This document shows positions 1-10,051 of a DNA stretch of 64,000 nucleotides, in pieces. Under the pieces are notes generated by a model. It ran no database searches and was not told the origin of the DNA. It was given only the letters and a program-made list of their open reading frames with translations. The position numbers were made by a program, and so were the translations under genes. Source of the DNA: Candidatus Woesearchaeota archaeon (GTDB taxonomy: Archaea; Nanobdellota; Nanobdellia; Woesearchaeales; UBA10216); NCBI GenBank assembly GCA_016192915.1, contig JACPTF010000002.1:67530-131529 (forward strand), in the 5' to 3' direction. Positions within the stretch are counted from its first letter, which is position 1, and every line of letters begins with the position of its first letter.

Positions 1-262
1 AAGCAGGCTCAGGGCTTTTGTTGAGGCTGGCGTGAAGGAATTTATTTCGACAGGCAGCCTGGTTGCCCTTGAGCTTGACCTGCTTGTGCAGCTGCTTAAG
101 CGCTCTGCGTTGCTCATACACCAGCACCCACTCTCTGTTGATGTGATACTTGGTTACGTGTTTGCCAAGGAGATTGAGGTCAGGAACCTTAAGCTTATAA
201 TGAAGGCAAAGCAGCTTGGCATTGGCGAGGGCTTTGCTGAAAAGCAGGTAGTAACTGTGTAG
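1..262 (+). CDS. atpC: A/V-type ATP synthase subunit C, 3' part (5' truncated by window)
   Basis: C-terminal LGYVFAKEIEVRNLKLIMKAK motif; directly upstream of atpF-A-B-D. Confidence 0.85.
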   Translation, partial: SRLRAFVEAGVKEFISTGSLVALELDLLVQLLKRSALLIHQHPLSVDVILGYVFAKEIEVRNLKLIMKAKQLGIGEGFAEKQVVTV

Positions 263-273
263 AGGACGGAATT

Positions 274-564
274 ATGGAGCTTGCCGTGATTGGAAGGGAG
301 GATTTTTGCCTGGGGTTCAGCCTTGCAGGCATAAGGAACATTTTTGAGACTGATAATCCTGCTGATGCCATTAAAAAAGTAAGCGATGCCGCTGATATAG
401 GTGTTGTTGTTTTCGACGAGTCATTGTCCGGCAGGCTTGATGAGTTCGACAAGGCAAGGCTGGAGAACAGCGTGAGGCCTGTGTTTGTGATGCTCTCCCT
501 CAAAGAAGAAAGCGACGCCATCAGGAAAATGATAAAGAAGTCAATTGGTGTTGAGCTATGGTGA
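274..564 (+). CDS. atpF: A/V-type ATP synthase subunit F
   Basis: LAVIGREDFCLGFSLAGI start, IRKMIKKSIGVEL end; operon position. Confidence 0.93.
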   Translation: MELAVIGREDFCLGFSLAGIRNIFETDNPADAIKKVSDAADIGVVVFDESLSGRLDEFDKARLENSVRPVFVMLSLKEESDAIRKMIKKSIGVELW

Positions 565-584
565 TGAATGCGGTGAAATAAGGT

Positions 585-2312
585 ATGGCAAAAACAGGGA
601 AAATATATCGTGTTGCCGGGCCGGTTGTTGTTGCCGAGCTTGAAGCGGGCATGTATGATGTCTGCAAGGTCGGCAGGGAAAAGCTTCTTGGCGAGGTAAT
701 CCAGATTAACGGAAGCCGATGCACTATCCAGGTTTATGAGGACACAACAGGAATAAAGCCTGGTGAGGATGTTGAAAACACAGAGCAGCCGCTCGTTGTT
801 GAACTGGGCCCTGGCCTTTTATCTTCAATATATGATGGCATCCAGAGGCCGCTTCAGGCTCTCAGGGAAATAACAGGCGACTTCATCAGGAGGGGCGCTT
901 CAGCCCCAGGACTTGACAGGAAAAGGAAGTGGGACTTCAAGGCGACAGTAAAAGGAGGCGCAACCGTTAAGGGTGGCGATGTAATCGGGACAGTCAAGGA
1001 GAGCGAGACAGTCCTGCACAAGATTCTCGTTCCTCCGGGCGTCAGCGGAAAAGTAACAAGCATTTCAGACGGCAGCTGCACTGTTACTGACATAGTGGCC
1101 AAGCTCGACAACGGGGCAGAGCTCAAGCTGATGCAGCTTTGGCCTGTGAGGAAGCCGAGGCCTGTTAAGGAAAAGCTGCTGCCGGTTGTTCCATTAATAA
1201 CAGGACAGAGAGTTTTTGATTCACTATTTCCATTAGCTAAGGGCGGCGTGGCTGCAATTCCCGGGCCATTCGGCAGCGGGAAAACGGTCGCCCAGCAAAG
1301 CCTCGCAAAGTGGTGCGATGCCGACATCATAGTTTATGTTGGCTGCGGCGAGCGAGGCAATGAAATGACTGAGGTCCTTACCGAGTTCCCTGAAATCGTT
1401 GACCCCAGGACCGGCAAGCCTCTTATGCAGCGAACCGTACTTATTGCCAATACATCCAACATGCCTGTTGCTGCTAGGGAGGCCTCTGTTTATACCGGCA
1501 TCACCCTTGCAGAGTATTACCGCGATATGGGCTACAGCGTTGCGCTGATGGCTGATTCAACTTCAAGGTGGGCTGAGGCAATGAGGGAGATTTCATCAAG
1601 GCTTGAGGAAATGCCGGGAGAGGAGGGCTATCCTGCCTATCTTGCATCGAGGATTTCTGAATTTTACGAAAGGGCAGGCCGTGCCAGCACTTTGATGGGA
1701 GCTGAGGGCTCTGTCAGCGTCATAGGCGCCGTATCACCCCCTGGAGGGGATGTCTCAGAGCCAGTCACGCAAGGCACAAAGCGCGTGATTAAGACTTATT
1801 GGGCTTTGGATGCAAAATTGGCGCAGAGGAGGCACTTCCCGGCTATAAATTGGCTTGACTCTTACTCATTATACCTTGACTCCCTGGCAGGGTGGTATGC
1901 GGAAAAGGTCGCGCCCGACTGGATGGAGCTCATTGGCAGGACAAGGTCAATCCTGCAGGAAGAGGAAAAGCTTATGGAAATCATGCAGCTTGTCGGCTCA
2001 GACGCCCTGCCTGAAAGGGAGCAGGTCACTTTGCTTGTTGCGAGGATGTTCCGTGAATTTCTCCTGCAGCAGAACGCCTTCCACCCTGTTGACACTTACA
2101 GCGAGCTGAAGAAAACATACCTGATTATGAAGACAATACTCCGCTTCGCTGACCTTGCGAAGACCGCCCTTGATTCAGGGGTAAGGGCTCAGAGGATTGT
2201 TGCAATTAAAACAAAAGACAATGTTGCCAATGTTAAGTTCGAGAAAGACTACGAAAGCTTCCTCAATGGCGTCAACAAGGATTTGGAGAAGGAATTTTCA
2301 GGATTGAAGTGA
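585..2312 (+). CDS. atpA: A/V-type ATP synthase subunit A (no intein)
   Basis: Walker A GPFGSGKT, VGCGERGNEM, EEMPGEEGYPAYL; 575 aa. Confidence 0.98.
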   Translation: MAKTGKIYRVAGPVVVAELEAGMYDVCKVGREKLLGEVIQINGSRCTIQVYEDTTGIKPGEDVENTEQPLVVELGPGLLSSIYDGIQRPLQALREITGDFIRRGASAPGLDRKRKWDFKATVKGGATVKGGDVIGTVKESETVLHKILVPPGVSGKVTSISDGSCTVTDIVAKLDNGAELKLMQLWPVRKPRPVKEKLLPVVPLITGQRVFDSLFPLAKGGVAAIPGPFGSGKTVAQQSLAKWCDADIIVYVGCGERGNEMTEVLTEFPEIVDPRTGKPLMQRTVLIANTSNMPVAAREASVYTGITLAEYYRDMGYSVALMADSTSRWAEAMREISSRLEEMPGEEGYPAYLASRISEFYERAGRASTLMGAEGSVSVIGAVSPPGGDVSEPVTQGTKRVIKTYWALDAKLAQRRHFPAINWLDSYSLYLDSLAGWYAEKVAPDWMELIGRTRSILQEEEKLMEIMQLVGSDALPEREQVTLLVARMFREFLLQQNAFHPVDTYSELKKTYLIMKTILRFADLAKTALDSGVRAQRIVAIKTKDNVANVKFEKDYESFLNGVNKDLEKEFSGLK

Positions 2313-2326
2313 GCTGGTGATTGCGA

Positions 2327-4774
2327 ATGAAGGAGTACAAAACTATTACAAGGGTTGCGGGCCCCTTGATTTTTGTTGAGAAAACAGACCCTGTCGGGTA
2401 TGGTGAGCTTGTGAAGATAACACTGCCCAATGGTGGCGTGAAGAGCGGCCAGGTTCTTGACACCAGTGAGGAAATCGTTGTTGTGCAGGTTTTTGAGGGC
2501 ACTTCAGGCATTGACCTTAACTCAAGGGTCAAGTTTCTTGGCGAAACAATCAAGCTGCCTGTTTCTGATGAGCTTCTTGGGAGGATTTTGAATGGCGCGG
2601 GCAAGCCCATTGACGGCGGCCCGGAGGTTGTGCCTGAAGAGCTCATGGAAATCACAGGCGCTGCCATTAATCCTTATGCCAGGGCTAACCCTTCTGATTT
2701 TATCCAGACAGGAATCTCAACCATTGATGGAACAAACACCCTTGTCAGGGGCCAGAAGCTTCCGTTGTTTTCAGGCTCAGGCCTTCCCCACAACGAGATA
2801 GCATTGCAGATTGCGAGGCAGGCGAAAGTTAGGGGGAGTGGTGAGGGCTTTGCCATTGTTTTCGCTGCAATGGGCATTACGAACGAGGAATCACAAAGGT
2901 TCATTTCAGAGTTTGAGCAGACCGGAGCTTTGAAGAGGGCTGTTGTTTTCCTTAACCTAGCTGATGACCCTGCTGTTGAGCGCCTGATTACGCCGAGGAT
3001 GGCCCTCACGGCAGCTGAGTATCTTGCTTTCAGGAAGGGGATGCACGTCCTTGTAATCCTAACTGACATGACTAATTATGCTGAGAGCCTTCGCGAGATT
3101 GGCGCTGCGCGCTCTGAAATCCCTGGAAGGAGGGGCTACCCAGGTTATATGTACAGCGTGGATGGCAGCAGAAGGGTTATTGTAAAGGACCCGGGAGGCT
3201 TTATTAGCGTTATTGAAATCAGCAAACTTTTTGAGATTTTATCGTTCGATGAGGAAGTTGCGTCAACGGACTATGAGGAACGGATTAATGTTGAAGGTTG
3301 GGAAGCTTTAAGCGCAGACAATAATGGAAAGGCCAACTTCAAGCCTATACTGCAAGCTGTTCGCCATAAGTACTCTGGTAAGTTATGCAAAATAACAACT
3401 CAGATGGGAGAGACAATAGTTACCCCTAACCACAGCATTTTCACTGTAAGAAACGGGAAAATTGAGCTATGCGAGGCGGGCAAGCTTGGAGAGGAAGACC
3501 TCATTGCTCACGTTAATAGGATACCAGAAGTCACTGAAAAAAATGTGATGAGCGATTCTCTTGCCAAATTGGCAGGCTACTATGTTTCAGAAGGACACGC
3601 CTTAAGGTATGAAGATAAGGAGAAGAGCTGTTTCTGCCATTACGTAAGAATAGATAACAATTCAAAAGAAGTCATCAGTGAGATTGTGCAAAGCTATGCC
3701 GAGGAGTTTAATGCCACTCCTTCCATATTTGTGTCTGATAAGAGGTCTGGCACAATACGTACCTCCATCGGGGGAAGGAAGTACTATGACTCTTTAGTTA
3801 GCATACTTGGCTGTGGGCATAAGTCAGCATCAAAAAGAGTTCCTAACGTGCTTTTTACAGCATCTACGAATGCAAAGCTCGCATTCTTTAAAGCATACTA
3901 CGCAGGTGATGGGAAGTCACAAGATCCGAGATATAAAGTTAAGCAGTATGATATGGTAACTGTAAGCCCCGGCCTGCGGGACGATTTAATGGTATTGTCT
4001 AGGATTTTGTTCCCAGATAGGATACCCACCTTGTATAAATGGAAGGGCAGAGATGCATGGAAGGTTTATCTGTCAACAAAGCTAAAACAAAAACGCAGTA
4101 TTGTGAATGATGTGATAGGGTGTAAAGTGAAAAAAGTTGAAATGGTTGACCCAACAGAAGAATATGTTTATGACCTATCTGTTGAGGGCAATCAGAACTT
4201 TGTGGATGCTTGCGGCAATATGCTGCTGCATAACACAGACCTCGCCATGCTCTATGAGCGGGCTGGCATGATTAAGGGGAAAAAAGGCAGCATAACCCAG
4301 CTTCCAATCCTGACGATGGTTGGCGATGACATCACCCACCCGATCCCAGACCTTACAGGCTACATCACAGAGGGCCAGATTGTTATCAGCAGGGAGCTCC
4401 ACAGCCGCAACATTTACCCACCGGTTGATGTTTTGCCTTCGCTAAGCAGGCTTATGAACCTGGGCATAGGCAAGGGAAAAACCAGGGATGACCACAAGCA
4501 GGTTTCCGACCAGCTTTACGCTTTTTATGCTGAGGGAAAAGACCTCCGCGGCCTTGTTGCAATAGTTGGCGAGGAGTCTCTTTCGGAGAGGGAGCGCCGC
4601 ATATTGAAGTTCGCAGCTGACTTTGAGGCGAAGTTTGTCAAGCAGGCAAAGGGCGAGGACCGCGATATTGAGCGGACTCTTGAGATTGGCTGGCGGCTTC
4701 TTTCAGAGTTGCCTGAGAACGAGCTCACGAGGATAAGCCCTGAGTTGAGGAAGCAGCACTATGGCAAGCATTAA
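2327..4774 (+). CDS. atpB: A/V-type ATP synthase subunit B precursor containing an intein
   Basis: [28 protein letters not shown]|...|[27 protein letters not shown]; ~360 aa longer than normal. Confidence 0.97.
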   Translation: MKEYKTITRVAGPLIFVEKTDPVGYGELVKITLPNGGVKSGQVLDTSEEIVVVQVFEGTSGIDLNSRVKFLGETIKLPVSDELLGRILNGAGKPIDGGPEVVPEELMEITGAAINPYARANPSDFIQTGISTIDGTNTLVRGQKLPLFSGSGLPHNEIALQIARQAKVRGSGEGFAIVFAAMGITNEESQRFISEFEQTGALKRAVVFLNLADDPAVERLITPRMALTAAEYLAFRKGMHVLVILTDMTNYAESLREIGAARSEIPGRRGYPGYMYSVDGSRRVIVKDPGGFISVIEISKLFEILSFDEEVASTDYEERINVEGWEALSADNNGKANFKPILQAVRHKYSGKLCKITTQMGETIVTPNHSIFTVRNGKIELCEAGKLGEEDLIAHVNRIPEVTEKNVMSDSLAKLAGYYVSEGHALRYEDKEKSCFCHYVRIDNNSKEVISEIVQSYAEEFNATPSIFVSDKRSGTIRTSIGGRKYYDSLVSILGCGHKSASKRVPNVLFTASTNAKLAFFKAYYAGDGKSQDPRYKVKQYDMVTVSPGLRDDLMVLSRILFPDRIPTLYKWKGRDAWKVYLSTKLKQKRSIVNDVIGCKVKKVEMVDPTEEYVYDLSVEGNQNFVDACGNMLLHNTDLAMLYERAGMIKGKKGSITQLPILTMVGDDITHPIPDLTGYITEGQIVISRELHSRNIYPPVDVLPSLSRLMNLGIGKGKTRDDHKQVSDQLYAFYAEGKDLRGLVAIVGEESLSERERRILKFAADFEAKFVKQAKGEDRDIERTLEIGWRLLSELPENELTRISPELRKQHYGKH
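3155..4234 (+). mobile_element. Intein with LAGLIDADG homing endonuclease domain (360 aa) in atpB
   Basis: Starts Ser (SVDGS), block B TPNHSIF, blocks [12 protein letters not shown] and [10 protein letters not shown], block [15 protein letters not shown], ends LLHN before Thr+1; removal restores GYPGYMYTDLA. Confidence 0.95.
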
Positions 4775-5387
4775 TGTCAAGCCGACAAGGTCTGAGCTTT
4801 TGCTCCTGAAGAAAAAGATTAAGCTTGCCCGCACAGGCTACAATCTCCTGAAAAAGAAGCGGGATGGCCTGATTCTGGAATTTTTCAATGTTCTCAAGCA
4901 GGCAAAGGATGTCAGGAAGGAGCTTGTTTCTTCGTATGCTGCAGCTCTCCAGAAGATAAACATTGCAAGGGCCATTGATGGCGACCTGGCAATAAAGTCA
5001 ATCTCCCTCGCCCTTAAGAGCTTGCCTGTTGTTGAGGTTGCGACTAAAAACATCATGGGCGTGAAAGTTCCCAAGATTGGCTTTCCTGAGTTCAAGAAGA
5101 GCATCTTTGAGAGGGGCTACGGCATAACGTCAGCCACGTCAAAGATAGACGAGGCCGCCATGGCTTACGAAATTGTCGTTGAGAAGGTTGTTGCGGCTGC
5201 AGAGGTTGAGCTCACCCTGAAGAAGCTGCTGAGGGAAATCGAGAGGACAAAGAGGAAAGTTAATGCGCTTGAGCTTCTGACCATTCCAAGGCTTGAGCAG
5301 GCAGCCAAGTACATCCGGCTGCGCCTGGAGGAAATGGAGCGGGAGAACTTCTCAAGGCTGAAGAGGATGAAGACGATTACGGCTTAG
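4761..5387 (+). CDS. atpD: A/V-type ATP synthase subunit D
   Basis: [43 protein letters not shown]. Confidence 0.96.
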   Translation: MASINVKPTRSELLLLKKKIKLARTGYNLLKKKRDGLILEFFNVLKQAKDVRKELVSSYAAALQKINIARAIDGDLAIKSISLALKSLPVVEVATKNIMGVKVPKIGFPEFKKSIFERGYGITSATSKIDEAAMAYEIVVEKVVAAAEVELTLKKLLREIERTKRKVNALELLTIPRLEQAAKYIRLRLEEMERENFSRLKRMKTITA

Positions 5388-5444
5388 AAGCCACGGCATC
5401 TGCGGCAGAAATCTTTTTATATTACATTTATTCTCACTTGTTTC

Positions 5445-5597
5445 ATGGCAGACGAACGCATAAGCATGCCCGCTTCGCAAGGCGGCCTGGTAAGGTATTA
5501 TAATGAGTACAAGAGCAAAATCAGGATAAAGCCGATCCATGTTGTTGCTTTCGCGATAGCTGTTATTGTTCTCGAGGTTCTGTTCAGGATTCTTTGA
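5445..5597 (+). CDS. secG: Preprotein translocase Sec61beta/SecG (50 aa, not in ORF track)
   Basis: Manual translation MADERISMPASQGGLVRYYNEYKSKIRIKPIHVVAFAIAVIVLEVLFRIL; GLVRYY motif plus one C-terminal TM helix; TTTTATAT box upstream. Confidence 0.88.
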   Translation: MADERISMPASQGGLVRYYNEYKSKIRIKPIHVVAFAIAVIVLEVLFRIL

Positions 5598-5638
5598 GCA
5601 GTAACATTTAATAACATCTGTTCCAACCTTCTTGCATT

Positions 5639-6001
5639 ATGTTTCCGGGCATGGATAAGCGCAGTATGGAAGCTGCTATGCGCAAGTTGGGAGTGCAGCA
5701 GCTGAACGTTGATGCGGAAGAAGTTATTATAAGGCTTAAAGGCAACGGCAAGGAGATAGTCATAGCTAATCCTTCAGTTACGAAAGTCAGCATGATGGGC
5801 CAGGAGACATTCCAGGTTGCCGGGGAGTTCAGCGAGCGGCCACAGCAAGCGCAGCAACAGCAGCAATTATTCAGCGATGAGGATGTTAAGACAGTGGTTG
5901 CCCAGGCGGATGTTTCAGATGCTGAGGCAAAGGCAGCCCTTGCAAAGGTTAATGGCGACTTGGCGGCTGCCATTTTGCTGCTTGGCGAGAAAAAGGGGTG
6001 A
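5639..6001 (+). CDS. nac: Nascent polypeptide-associated complex protein
   Basis: MRKLGV..AEEVII..IANPSVTKVSMMGQETFQVAG plus UBA-like AKAALAKVNGDLAAAIL. Confidence 0.93.
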   Translation: MFPGMDKRSMEAAMRKLGVQQLNVDAEEVIIRLKGNGKEIVIANPSVTKVSMMGQETFQVAGEFSERPQQAQQQQQLFSDEDVKTVVAQADVSDAEAKAALAKVNGDLAAAILLLGEKKG

Positions 6002-6050
6002 GTTTGGTAACAGTGGCTATTGTCAATAATGTTTATATAAGTAGCCAGCT

Positions 6051-6575
6051 ATGCTGCCTGCGATGGAAAGGTTCCATGAGGAGCTTTCGGAGGGCAAGCG
6101 GCGATTGCATACGGCAGACCACCTGCTTTCAATCACTTACCCTTTGGTCAGGGATAACAGGCTGCTGCTGACTGCTGTTGACAACCTTCACGTTGCCGCC
6201 AGGAATTTGATGGCTTCGCTGCTTCATTATGAGGAAGCTTTTAAGAGGGTTCCTCACTTCAGGGATGAGCATGATTCGATGCTTTACTGGTTCAGGTCAA
6301 GATGCATGCCAAATTACAAGCTTGGCAGTGATTACGGTGTTGTGATTGATGAGCTTAATTCGCTTGTCAGCGAGCATAAGGCGAGCGCTGTGGAGTTTTC
6401 GCGAAAGGACAGCTTCGTCATTTGTTCTGACACTTACAGCATCAAAAAAGTCACGCTTGCCCAGCTTAAGTCTTACGCGGGCATTTTAAAGAAAATGCTT
6501 ATGGATGTTGAAGGAGTGGTGTCCAGGTATGAAGGTGTTTTTGGAAGAGGCCCGAGAGGAATTAAAGCGCGCTGA
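6051..6575 (+). CDS. Hypothetical helical protein (possible paralog of next gene)
   Basis: 174-aa ORF after TTTATATA box; ADHLLSITY and VEFSRK motifs. Confidence 0.7.
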   Translation: MLPAMERFHEELSEGKRRLHTADHLLSITYPLVRDNRLLLTAVDNLHVAARNLMASLLHYEEAFKRVPHFRDEHDSMLYWFRSRCMPNYKLGSDYGVVIDELNSLVSEHKASAVEFSRKDSFVICSDTYSIKKVTLAQLKSYAGILKKMLMDVEGVVSRYEGVFGRGPRGIKAR

Positions 6576-6993
6576 CCACATCATTTATGTCAGCCTGAAG
6601 TATACCAGGACTGTTGACGTAATTAAAAACCTGGTGGAGAGGCTGATAAACTGCCTTGACTTCGTGATAGAGAAGCTTCTCGACAGCGCTGTGGAGAAGA
6701 AGCTCATTGCCGAGAAGCCGGCCAACACTGGTTTGAAGTGCAACGCAGTGAAAAAGGCTTATGGCGAAATGTTTGCAGATATTGTTGCGTTATACGTCCA
6801 GCTTAGGAAAATCGGGCGGGCAGAGTACAAGAAGAGCAGCGAGTACAGGCGCCATGTGACTATGACGGCAACAACAGACGAGGGCACTTTCATGATAGAC
6901 ATTGACAAGTCAAAGGAGCTTTACTTCAAGGCCAGGCAATATGTTGAGGATGTTGAGAAGTTCCTGGGAGGCGGGGAAGAGGAGGAAAGTTAG
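6529..6993 (+). CDS. Hypothetical helical protein
   Basis: ATG 6529; REELKRADHIIYVSLKYTRT and SEYRRH motifs. Confidence 0.7.
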   Translation: MKVFLEEAREELKRADHIIYVSLKYTRTVDVIKNLVERLINCLDFVIEKLLDSAVEKKLIAEKPANTGLKCNAVKKAYGEMFADIVALYVQLRKIGRAEYKKSSEYRRHVTMTATTDEGTFMIDIDKSKELYFKARQYVEDVEKFLGGGEEEES

Positions 6994-7046
6994 GCGTGCA
7001 TCACGCAAGTAGTTTATTTAGTTAGTTAAAAAGAGGTGCAGTAGTT

Positions 7047-7652
7047 TTGGCAAAAAAGAGGTCAAAGAGAAAGTCTGGTGAAAAAGGTAAGGGGCGCAAG
7101 GCGGCAACAGCTTCTGCCAAGAAGATAAGAAAAAAGAAGGGTGGAGGCCGCAGGAAAATAAAAATAAAATCCGCGATAGTTGTTAAGAAGCCTGTTTTGC
7201 TTGCCGCTGTTGACTCAAAATCGCACATTTCCGGCAGGGGTTCTGGGCTTGTCCTTTACTGGCTCACGCTGCTTGTTCTGGTCATCCTTAACATGTTTTC
7301 AGCTGTTGCTGTTGCCATTCTTCAGCTTGCGCTTTCGGACAACAAGCTTCTGTTCATAGTTGCTGCCATTGGGCTCTTCTTTGGCTACGTTACAAACAGG
7401 CTTGTCAACCACGTTGATAACCTTGAGCTAAAGCACCATTTCTTTGCAAGGCTGCTGGTCCCTGCCGCGGCTATCCTGAACCTTTTGGCAGTTAGTGCTG
7501 CTGCAAACGCTTTGGCACTCTCCTTGCGAATCCAGCCAGTTCATAGCCCAGTCACAATAGCTGCTGCTTACGGCATTGCCTTTGCTGTGCCGTCGCTTTT
7601 TGCCCTTTCAAGGGCTGTCGCATCTCCTTTTTTCAAATCACGGCAAAAATAA
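7047..7652 (+). CDS. Hypothetical membrane protein with Lys/Arg-rich N-terminus
   Basis: ~4 hydrophobic segments after a basic tail; GAGGTG SD-like sequence upstream. Confidence 0.7.
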   Translation: MAKKRSKRKSGEKGKGRKAATASAKKIRKKKGGGRRKIKIKSAIVVKKPVLLAAVDSKSHISGRGSGLVLYWLTLLVLVILNMFSAVAVAILQLALSDNKLLFIVAAIGLFFGYVTNRLVNHVDNLELKHHFFARLLVPAAAILNLLAVSAAANALALSLRIQPVHSPVTIAAAYGIAFAVPSLFALSRAVASPFFKSRQK

Positions 7653-7667
7653 CCTAAAACCATAATC

Positions 7668-7675
7668 TTTATAAA
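7668..7675 (+). promoter_or_regulatory. Putative TATA box of the S10-spc operon
   Basis: TTTATAAA in the only intergenic gap before rpl3; implies a ~265-nt leader. Confidence 0.5.
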
Positions 7676-7787
7676 CTACCTGCTGATTCTCGACTACAGC
7701 CTGAAAAGGAACCTTTTCAGTACGGCCTGTCCTGAGCTGTTCAGTTTTCGCGCAGAGAGTTTTTTCTGCTGCAAAATGGAATGCAAA

Positions 7788-7886
7788 CCAAATTCGTGCT
7801 GTGCACGAATGGGCCCAGTCGCAAATCGGGCAATAGCCCGATTGCGCAGTCGGCTGCTGCCGACTTGCGGCGCAAGCCGACTTGGG
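7788..7886. repeat. Family B hairpin doublet (GGGCCC centre) with a second doublet nested at 7820-7869
   Basis: CCAAATTCGTGC-tgt-GCACGAATGGG|CCCAGTCG[..]GC-gcaa-GCCGACTTGGG; removing 48 bp restores a perfect arm. Confidence 0.9.
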
Positions 7887-7965
7887 AGTTGCTTTTGCTC
7901 GGATTTGCATACTGGGATTCTTTTCTTGGCCTCGTTTTTGTGGAATTGTGAAGTTGTGAAGTAAA

Positions 7966-8952
7966 ATGGCTAAGGCAGGACATCCACGTCATGGAAGCTT
8001 GCAGTTTTGGCCTCGCAAGAGGGCTGCGCGCATTTATCCCAGGGTCAGGAACCATATTGTGCCTGAGGAAGGCAAATTGTCAAGCTTTGCCGGTTACAAG
8101 GCAGGCATGACCCACCTGATGATTGTTGACAACAGGCCAAACTCGATGACCAAGGGCGAGGTTGTTGCTTTTCCTGCGACAATAATCGAGTGCCCGCCTT
8201 TGAAGGTTGCTTCTGTTCGTCTTTACTCTAATTCTCCTAACGGCTTGAGGGTTGCGAAGGAAATCTTTGGCAAGGTTGACAAGGAGCTTGGCAAAAAAAT
8301 CGTGCTTCAAAAGAAAGAGCCTGTAGTATCTGCTGAAGGTTCTGACCTGGGCCAGGTTGTTGATGTCAGGGTTAATGTTTACACCCAGCCGAAGCTTGCT
8401 GCGGTAAGCAAGAGGAAGCCTGAATTTTTTGAGCTTGCAGTCGGCGGGAAGGCAATCGCTGAAAGGTTTGCCTTGGCACAGCAGCTTCTTGGAAAGGAAG
8501 TTCCTGTCAAGGATGTTTTGAAGGAGGGCCAGCAGGTTGATGTTTTTGGCGTTACATTGGGCAAGGGCTTTCAGGGCCCTGTTAAGAGGTTTGGCGTTAC
8601 ATTAAGGCATCACAAGTCTGAAAAGACCAAGAGGGGCCCTGGCAGCCTAGGCGGCTGGAGCGCCCCAAGGATGTCGACAGTAGCCCATGCCGGGCAGATG
8701 GGCGTTCATACCCGCCTTGAGAGGAACAGGTGGATTCTGAAGCTTTCGGAAAATCCGGCTGAGCTTTCCATGTCCGGAGGCATAATCCATTATGGCAGGT
8801 TGAAATCGCATTTTATTGTTGTAAAGGGCTCGGTGCAGGGCGAGCCGAAAAGGCTTTTGAGGCTTGTTCCGTCCAGGAAGCCAAGCACAGCGCTTCCGGC
8901 GCAGGCTCCAACAATTGATTATGTAAGTGTCGTTTCAAAGCAGGGAAAATAA
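7966..8952 (+). CDS. rpl3: 50S ribosomal protein L3
   Basis: PRHGSLQFWPRKRA, AGYKAGMTH, GKGFQGPVKRFG. Confidence 0.98.
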   Translation: MAKAGHPRHGSLQFWPRKRAARIYPRVRNHIVPEEGKLSSFAGYKAGMTHLMIVDNRPNSMTKGEVVAFPATIIECPPLKVASVRLYSNSPNGLRVAKEIFGKVDKELGKKIVLQKKEPVVSAEGSDLGQVVDVRVNVYTQPKLAAVSKRKPEFFELAVGGKAIAERFALAQQLLGKEVPVKDVLKEGQQVDVFGVTLGKGFQGPVKRFGVTLRHHKSEKTKRGPGSLGGWSAPRMSTVAHAGQMGVHTRLERNRWILKLSENPAELSMSGGIIHYGRLKSHFIVVKGSVQGEPKRLLRLVPSRKPSTALPAQAPTIDYVSVVSKQGK

Positions 8953-8958
8953 GTTTGG

Positions 8959-9777
8959 ATGACTAAAATGAAAGTAAGTGTTGTCGATGCGGAGAAGGGG
9001 AATGTGGGCGAGGTTGAGCTTCCGCCGCAGTTTTCCGAGGAGTTTCATCCTGATTTGATAGCCCGAGCTGTTTTGTCTGTTGAGAGCAAGGAGAGGCAGC
9101 CTTACGGTTCTGACCCTGAATCGGGCAAGCGCTACTCTGCAAAGCTTTCCAGAAGGAGAAGGGATTATAAGGGCTCGTATGGCCACGGCATTTCAAGGAT
9201 TCCAAGGAAGACAATGAGCCGTTCAGGGACAAGGTTCAACTGGCAGGGTGCGCTCGCTCCGGGAACAGTTGGCGGAAGGCAGGCCCATCCTCCAAAGGCT
9301 GAGAAGGTATGGGTCAAGAAAATTAACAAGCGAGAGAACAGGAAGGCGATAAGGTCTGCGCTTGCGGCAACAATGGTTCCATCCATAGTTGGCAGCCGGG
9401 GCCATGTTGTTCCGAAGGGTTACCCGTTTATTGCAGCAGCAAAGCTCGAGGAAATTACAAAGACAAAAACAGTTGTTGATGCGTTGGGCAAGTTCGGCTT
9501 TGGTGCTGAGTTAGCCCGTGTTTCAGGCAGGACAGTTCGGGCTGGCAAGGGCAAGATGCGTGGCAGAAGGTACAAGGTGAAGCGTGGGCCTTTGATTGTT
9601 GTATCAAAGGAAGATTCAAGTATAGTGAAGGCCGCGAGAAACATCATGGGTGTTGATGTGGCTGTTGTCAACAGGCTGAACGCGAGTTTGCTGGCACCAG
9701 GAACTGCTCCTGGCAGGCTTACTCTTTTCACAGAATCGGCAATTGAAAGATTGAACAAGGAGAGGCTTTTCGCCTGA
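8959..9777 (+). CDS. rpl4: 50S ribosomal protein L4
   Basis: GGRQAHPPK, RAGKGKMRGRRY, LLAPG. Confidence 0.97.
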   Translation: MTKMKVSVVDAEKGNVGEVELPPQFSEEFHPDLIARAVLSVESKERQPYGSDPESGKRYSAKLSRRRRDYKGSYGHGISRIPRKTMSRSGTRFNWQGALAPGTVGGRQAHPPKAEKVWVKKINKRENRKAIRSALAATMVPSIVGSRGHVVPKGYPFIAAAKLEEITKTKTVVDALGKFGFGAELARVSGRTVRAGKGKMRGRRYKVKRGPLIVVSKEDSSIVKAARNIMGVDVAVVNRLNASLLAPGTAPGRLTLFTESAIERLNKERLFA

Positions 9778-9792
9778 TTTTGGTGTTGTGAA

Positions 9793-10050
9793 ATGGATGC
9801 TCAGGATGTCATCAAGTACCCGGTAAGCACGGAAAGGACGTTGAGGACCATGGAAGCAGAGAACAAGCTGCTTTTTGTGATTGACAGGAAGGCAACGAAG
9901 GCCGACGTGAAGAAGGCCGTCGAGTCATTGTTCAAGGTCAAGGTTGTGGATGTTAACACTTACATAATGCTTGGGAAGAAGAAGGCTTATGTGAAGTTAA
10001 GCAAAGACAACCCTGCCATTGATATTGCAACCCAATTGGGAATGATGTAA
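9793..10050 (+). CDS. rpl23: 50S ribosomal protein L23
   Basis: IKYPVSTE, ENKLLFVI, KKAYVKL. Confidence 0.96.
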   Translation: MDAQDVIKYPVSTERTLRTMEAENKLLFVIDRKATKADVKKAVESLFKVKVVDVNTYIMLGKKKAYVKLSKDNPAIDIATQLGMM

Positions 10051-10051
10051 A

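Noticed and set aside
585..2312. Inteins in atpA, topA or mcm
   Set aside because: Normal lengths, uninterrupted motifs and no splicing blocks.
7638..8055. Short ORFs over the rpl3 leader (also 15750-16007, 54548-54733, 63370-63613)
   Set aside because: Frames kept open by GC-rich palindromic repeats; no independent coding signal.
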